Virus record (IMG/VR): IMGVR_UViG_3300042554_001444
Length of the DNA stretch: 20,000 nucleotides
Reading direction: 5' to 3' (one strand)
Source of the DNA: an uncultured virus (IMG/VR IMGVR_UViG_3300042554_001444)
Lineage: Duplodnaviria > Heunggongvirae > Uroviricota > Caudoviricetes
Positions within the stretch are counted from its first letter, which is position 1. Each line of letters begins with the position of its first letter. The notes beneath the pieces were generated by a model. The model made no database searches. It worked only from the letters and a program-made list of their open reading frames with translations, and had not been told where the DNA came from. Both the position numbers and the translations under genes were made by a program. Below, in pieces: positions 17,152 through 20,000 of this stretch.

Positions 17152-17579
17152 AGGGCCTCCTCATCAGGGCTGGGGGCTGCAGCCGGAATCCCAAGGCCAC
17201 CGAGCCACTTGGTCAGGTCGTCCGTTCGACTTGGGTCAAAAAACTCCCAGCAGGTTTCCACTTCGCGAGCCAGCAATCCGGAGATCACTTCGGCCGCCGT
17301 CATACCGCTCAAGATCCCTGACACGTTCACGTATTTGCTAGACTCCCCTGCGTTCTGGTGCCAGCTGACAATTCGCACTACAGCCTCAACCTGCCCGCTC
17401 CGGTAGTGTCGCAAGTGAAGGAATGCCTTCCGGTGGCTTGCGTTATTCCCAACCCCGTCACTCCCGTGAATATCAATCAACGGCGGCTCTGGAATGACCC
17501 AAAATTCGCCGGTGTCGTCTATGCCAGCGGCCGGTCCTTTTCGGACCCGGGCCGCTTTGACTGCGTCTTGTAGTTTCAT
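17148..17579 (-). CDS. Hypothetical protein (143 aa, MKLQDAVKAA...)
   Basis: ATG 17579 follows an A-rich leader. The longer ORF-track extension overlaps the radC-like gene and is unlikely. Confidence 0.75.
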   Translation of the reverse strand: MKLQDAVKAARVRKGPAAGIDDTGEFWVIPEPPLIDIHGSDGVGNNASHRKAFLHLRHYRSGQVEAVVRIVSWHQNAGESSKYVNVSGILSGMTAAEVISGLLAREVETCWEFFDPSRTDDLTKWLGGLGIPAAAPSPDEEAL

Positions 17580-17602
17580 GGTGTTTTTTTTGTGTGGATC
17601 AA

Positions 17603-17649
17603 ACCGATCCGCAGAACCTACCCAGTGGATAGGCTCGCCGGGTCGGTCA
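17603..17649 (-). promoter_or_regulatory. Intergenic long hairpin C
   Basis: Minus strand: TG-ACCGACCCG-GC-GAGCCTATCC-ACT-GGGTAGGTTC-TG-CGGATCGGT. The inner stem has two G-U pairs on the minus strand. Confidence 0.7.
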
Positions 17650-18099
17650 GAAGCCGTACCCAAGCTCCCGGAGGGAAACGTTCCGCTCCGCTCCGATGAT
17701 GATATGGTCGCGCACGTCAACCCGCAGGAGCTTGCCCCCTGCAATCAGTTCCTTGGTGATCCGGATGTCAGCCTCTGATGGGGCCGGGTCTCCGCTGGGA
17801 TGGTTGTGCACAATGACAACCGAATGAGCGCACGCGACGATCGCGGCCCGAAACACTTCTCTGGGATGGACCACGACCTCATTCAAGGTCCCGATCGCAA
17901 CCAGCGTATGGCCAGTGATCCGGCAGCGTGTGTTCAGGAAAATCGTCACGAATGACTCCTGATCCGGTGAGAACCACGGAGCAGTGGCGACGTGCTCCTT
18001 CCAATACGCTGCCACCTTCGGAGGGCAGTCACCCATGACAGGCTCAGCAGTCCCGCAATCACGGACTCGCATGACCTTGAATTCTGCGGGGGGCTTCAT
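17647..18099 (-). CDS. radC: RadC-like JAB/MPN domain protein (150 aa, stand-alone)
   Basis: QESFVTIFLN...GTLNEVVVHPREVFRAAI...VHNHPSGDPAPSEADIRITKEL...DHIIIG gives an intact E...HxH...S..D JAB metal site. ATG 18099 overlaps the upstream stop and follows GGAGG. Confidence 0.92.
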   Translation of the reverse strand: MKPPAEFKVMRVRDCGTAEPVMGDCPPKVAAYWKEHVATAPWFSPDQESFVTIFLNTRCRITGHTLVAIGTLNEVVVHPREVFRAAIVACAHSVVIVHNHPSGDPAPSEADIRITKELIAGGKLLRVDVRDHIIIGAERNVSLRELGYGF

Positions 18100-18245
18100 A
18101 TCAAATCGACCTCCACCAATACGCATTGCGCCGCTGGGAACGACCGGCACCCGTCCAAGAACCGGACCAGCACCCGGTCGCCGTCGATGCCCATAACCAT
18201 GCCGGTCATGCCGTCCGGACACGTCACGAAGTCTCCCAGATTCAC
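18096..18245 (-). CDS. Small SH3/KOW-like beta protein (49 aa; not in ORF track)
   Basis: MNLGDFVTCPDGMTGMVMGIDGDRVLVRFLDGCRSFPAAQCVLVEVDLI, with GTGA overlap upstream and ATGA overlap downstream. It fills the gap exactly. Confidence 0.75.
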   Translation of the reverse strand: MNLGDFVTCPDGMTGMVMGIDGDRVLVRFLDGCRSFPAAQCVLVEVDLI

Positions 18246-18568
18246 AGCGCACCCCCCTTCAACACCGCACGCACCAGCGCGAGTGCCGCGCCCCGCTCAT
18301 GGACATACGTGTCAGCGCGGTCCACCGCTTCGAGCGCGGCGCGCATCTTGTCAACCAGAGTCACCTGAGTCACACCTGCAACAAAGAACTCCTCAGGCTT
18401 CCCGTTCATCGTCGTGTTGTCCGTCCACGTGAGCCCCCAGCAGCCCTTGGTCGATCGACACACGATCAACCACTGACCAACCGAGTCGCACACAACCTCG
18501 TAGGCTTCAGTCTTCCAGTGGACGGTTTTCCCAGCCAGAACGGCCGCTTGGATCTCTTGTAGTTTCAT
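18242..18568 (-). CDS. Hypothetical phage protein (108 aa, MKLQEIQAAVLAGKTVHW...)
   Basis: ATG follows an A/C-rich leader. Globular N-terminal part and GTGA overlap downstream. Confidence 0.8.
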   Translation of the reverse strand: MKLQEIQAAVLAGKTVHWKTEAYEVVCDSVGQWLIVCRSTKGCWGLTWTDNTTMNGKPEEFFVAGVTQVTLVDKMRAALEAVDRADTYVHERGAALALVRAVLKGGAL

Positions 18569-18584
18569 AGTTCGTTAGTTGTTT

Positions 18585-18637
18585 GGATCAGCTGATCCGC
18601 TGGCGCTCCGTCTGTCACGCAGAGCGCCGCCGGGTCA
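18585..18637 (-). promoter_or_regulatory. Intergenic long hairpin B plus 14-bp palindrome GGATCAGCTGATCC
   Basis: Minus strand: TGACCCG-GC-GGCGCTCTG-CGTGACAGA-CGGAGCGCC-AG-CGGATCA. The palindrome is at 18585-18598. Confidence 0.7.
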
Positions 18638-18736
18638 TCCGATAGGTCCGATCACTGCGTCCACCAGCAGCCAGACGATCAGGAACACGACGCCACTGCC
18701 AAGGATCAGCACGGCGGCACGGAGAAGGCGCTTCAT
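18635..18736 (-). CDS. Small single-pass membrane protein (33 aa; not in ORF track)
   Basis: MKRLLRAAVLILGSGVVFLIVWLLVDAVIGPIG, with AGGAGGT RBS and ATGA overlap. Confidence 0.75.
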   Translation of the reverse strand: MKRLLRAAVLILGSGVVFLIVWLLVDAVIGPIG

Positions 18737-18957
18737 AGTGCCACCTCCTGCACATGGAACACGACGGCCTCACCTTCGACTTCATACGACAGATAACCGG
18801 AGGCCAGCGCCTCGGCGATCGCGTTCGGAAGGCCGTATCCTTCGCGGAGGATCCGGACGGCCGCTGGTGCATCAGTCGGGAACATCGACTGCGCGAAGCG
18901 GATGATGCCGGGGGTGTAGACCATTTCGGTCGAGTTGAGTCGGTAGGTGTTTTTCAT
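18733..18957 (-). CDS. Hypothetical protein (74 aa, MKNTYRLN...)
   Basis: ATG 18957 follows GGGAG. ATGA overlap downstream. Confidence 0.75.
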   Translation of the reverse strand: MKNTYRLNSTEMVYTPGIIRFAQSMFPTDAPAAVRILREGYGLPNAIAEALASGYLSYEVEGEAVVFHVQEVAL

Positions 18958-18974
18958 GGTGTTATCTCCCGCCG

Positions 18975-19028
18975 TTCTGGCCGGACCAGAAGCCACCCCC
19001 GAAGGGATGGCCTCGGATCTGGTCAGAA
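18975..19028 (-). promoter_or_regulatory. Intergenic long hairpin A with cUUCGg tetraloop
   Basis: Minus strand: TTCTGACCAGATCCGAGGCCATCCC-TTCG-GGGGTGGCTTCTGGTCCGGCCAGAA. No U-tract follows. Confidence 0.75.
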
Positions 19029-19250
19029 GATTTCAGCTTGGGCATCCTCGTAGCGGGAGGTCGTCAACCAAGCGATTCGGACAGCTTTGGCTTCAGCCTC
19101 CTCGTAGGTTTTGCAATCTTCGATTAACTCGACCCAGTCGGCGGTGTCGTAGCATTCGACGAACACCTGATAACCGTAGGCGGTTTCGTATCGGGAAAAC
19201 GCCAACTCTTTGAGTTTGGCGATCCAGTCTTGTTTCGTTTCGTTTTTCAT
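19023..19250 (-). CDS. Hypothetical acidic protein (75 aa), first gene of the minus operon
   Basis: MKNETKQDW...YGYQVFVECYDTADWVELI.... The ATG is 13 nt downstream of the predicted -10 element. Confidence 0.75.
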   Translation of the reverse strand: MKNETKQDWIAKLKELAFSRYETAYGYQVFVECYDTADWVELIEDCKTYEEAEAKAVRIAWLTTSRYEDAQAEIF

Positions 19251-19263
19251 ACTGTGGGCCGTC

Positions 19264-19292
19264 AAGGTCTCATAAAACGCTTTCCGTGTCAA
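19264..19292 (-). promoter_or_regulatory. Sigma70-like promoter for the minus-strand (early) operon
   Basis: Perfect TTGACA (19292-19287), 17-bp spacer ending in TGA (extended -10 TGn), weak -10 GACCTT. Confidence 0.55.
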
Positions 19293-19369
19293 CTCCTCAT
19301 TCGCAGTTCTTCCAAAAAACCTCGGCAAACATTGGTTGAAATCGTGGTCGAAAAGTGTATGTCTACGTC

Positions 19370-19708
19370 ATGCCAGCGCTGGAAAACAAGCTGCCCGAGG
19401 TGGATGGAAGGTCGCTGAACCGAAGGGAAGGGCGGAGTCAAGTTGTGCTGTCTCTGGCTCGGGCAATGGAGCCTGGCATGATGGCGCTACGGTTGCGGCG
19501 CTGCGCTGTGGACATGGCGGAGATTGCCCAGGACACAGGAAGCCCGGCACCGGACCGGATCGCCGCTGCGAAAGCGCTAGTGGCCGTCCAGGCGCAGATC
19601 ATGGAAGTGATCGGGTGGACCAAGCGCCCCGCATCCGCTCCTGGTGGAAAGCGCCCCGCTCCCATGCTCGATGTCTCCCCTGCCGGACCCCCAGACCTAG
19701 ACACCTAG
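19370..19708 (+). CDS. Hypothetical protein (112 aa), possible terminase small subunit
   Basis: Helical-looking, with a DRIAAAKAL motif and low-complexity tail resembling TerS. It diverges from the early operon. The function is inference only. Confidence 0.5.
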   Translation: MPALENKLPEVDGRSLNRREGRSQVVLSLARAMEPGMMALRLRRCAVDMAEIAQDTGSPAPDRIAAAKALVAVQAQIMEVIGWTKRPASAPGGKRPAPMLDVSPAGPPDLDT

Positions 19709-20000
19709 GACCACAAGGTATCCGACCGGACCGGACCGACAGACGGCCGCGCATCTGGTCACGATGCAGCCAGCGCCGCTCCCGGCCCCGTGGGACCCGT
19801 AAGGGATTCCTTTGCGGCCTAGACCGTCCCCACCCCCTGCCCCCGGTAGGGACCGCCCCGGCACCGGATCGCATACGGGACCCCCTCCCCAATACCTAGG
19901 CCATTTTCCAAACCGACATAGAACGCTTTACCATGGGGGGTGGTGTGAGGGGTCTGTGAGGGGTTTGGCCTTACCCTCACCCTGCGTTTTTGCCCTGATT

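Noticed and set aside
16366..19028. Intergenic hairpins as integron attC sites or CRISPR repeats
   Set aside because: They lack RYYYAAC/GTTRRRY ends, there is no integrase or cas gene in the window, and the units are neither identical nor regularly spaced.
19336..19899. 187-aa plus ORF and the antisense ORFs overlapping the TerS-like gene
   Set aside because: They are Arg/Pro-rich low-complexity translations of an alternative frame, and the 19370-19708 frame is more protein-like.

Overview
This is a 20 kb piece of a GC-rich tailed-phage (Caudoviricetes) genome or prophage. No rRNA, tRNA, CRISPR array or IS element was seen. Layout: (1) the end of an upstream gene, then a giant 3198-aa protein (170-9766) that looks like an internal virion/ejection 'large polyvalent protein' with an embedded Strawberry-notch-type SF2 helicase; (2) a plus-strand operon driven by a sigma70-like promoter, with a RecT-like annealase, a RecE/ExoVIII-like nuclease and a chain of small overlapping ORFs; (3) a convergent hairpin/terminator cluster at about 14.6-14.75 kb; (4) a minus-strand, probably early operon of about 14 small genes, including a RadC-like JAB protein, a lysozyme/SLT-like protein and an HU/IHF-like protein; (5) a divergent gene resembling a terminase small subunit, followed by a repeat-rich non-coding stretch. 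The most unusual signals are at the gene junctions. The minus operon has recurring long hairpins anchored on the stop codon, two of which share conserved flanks around a fully substituted inner stem and are followed by the same 14-bp gene start. It also has a compact H-type pseudoknot candidate. The plus operon has an exact 24-bp RBS+stop/start junction repeat. Together these suggest gene cassettes with reusable junctions sitting beside the phage's own recombinase. All family calls come from motif recognition by eye, not from database searches.
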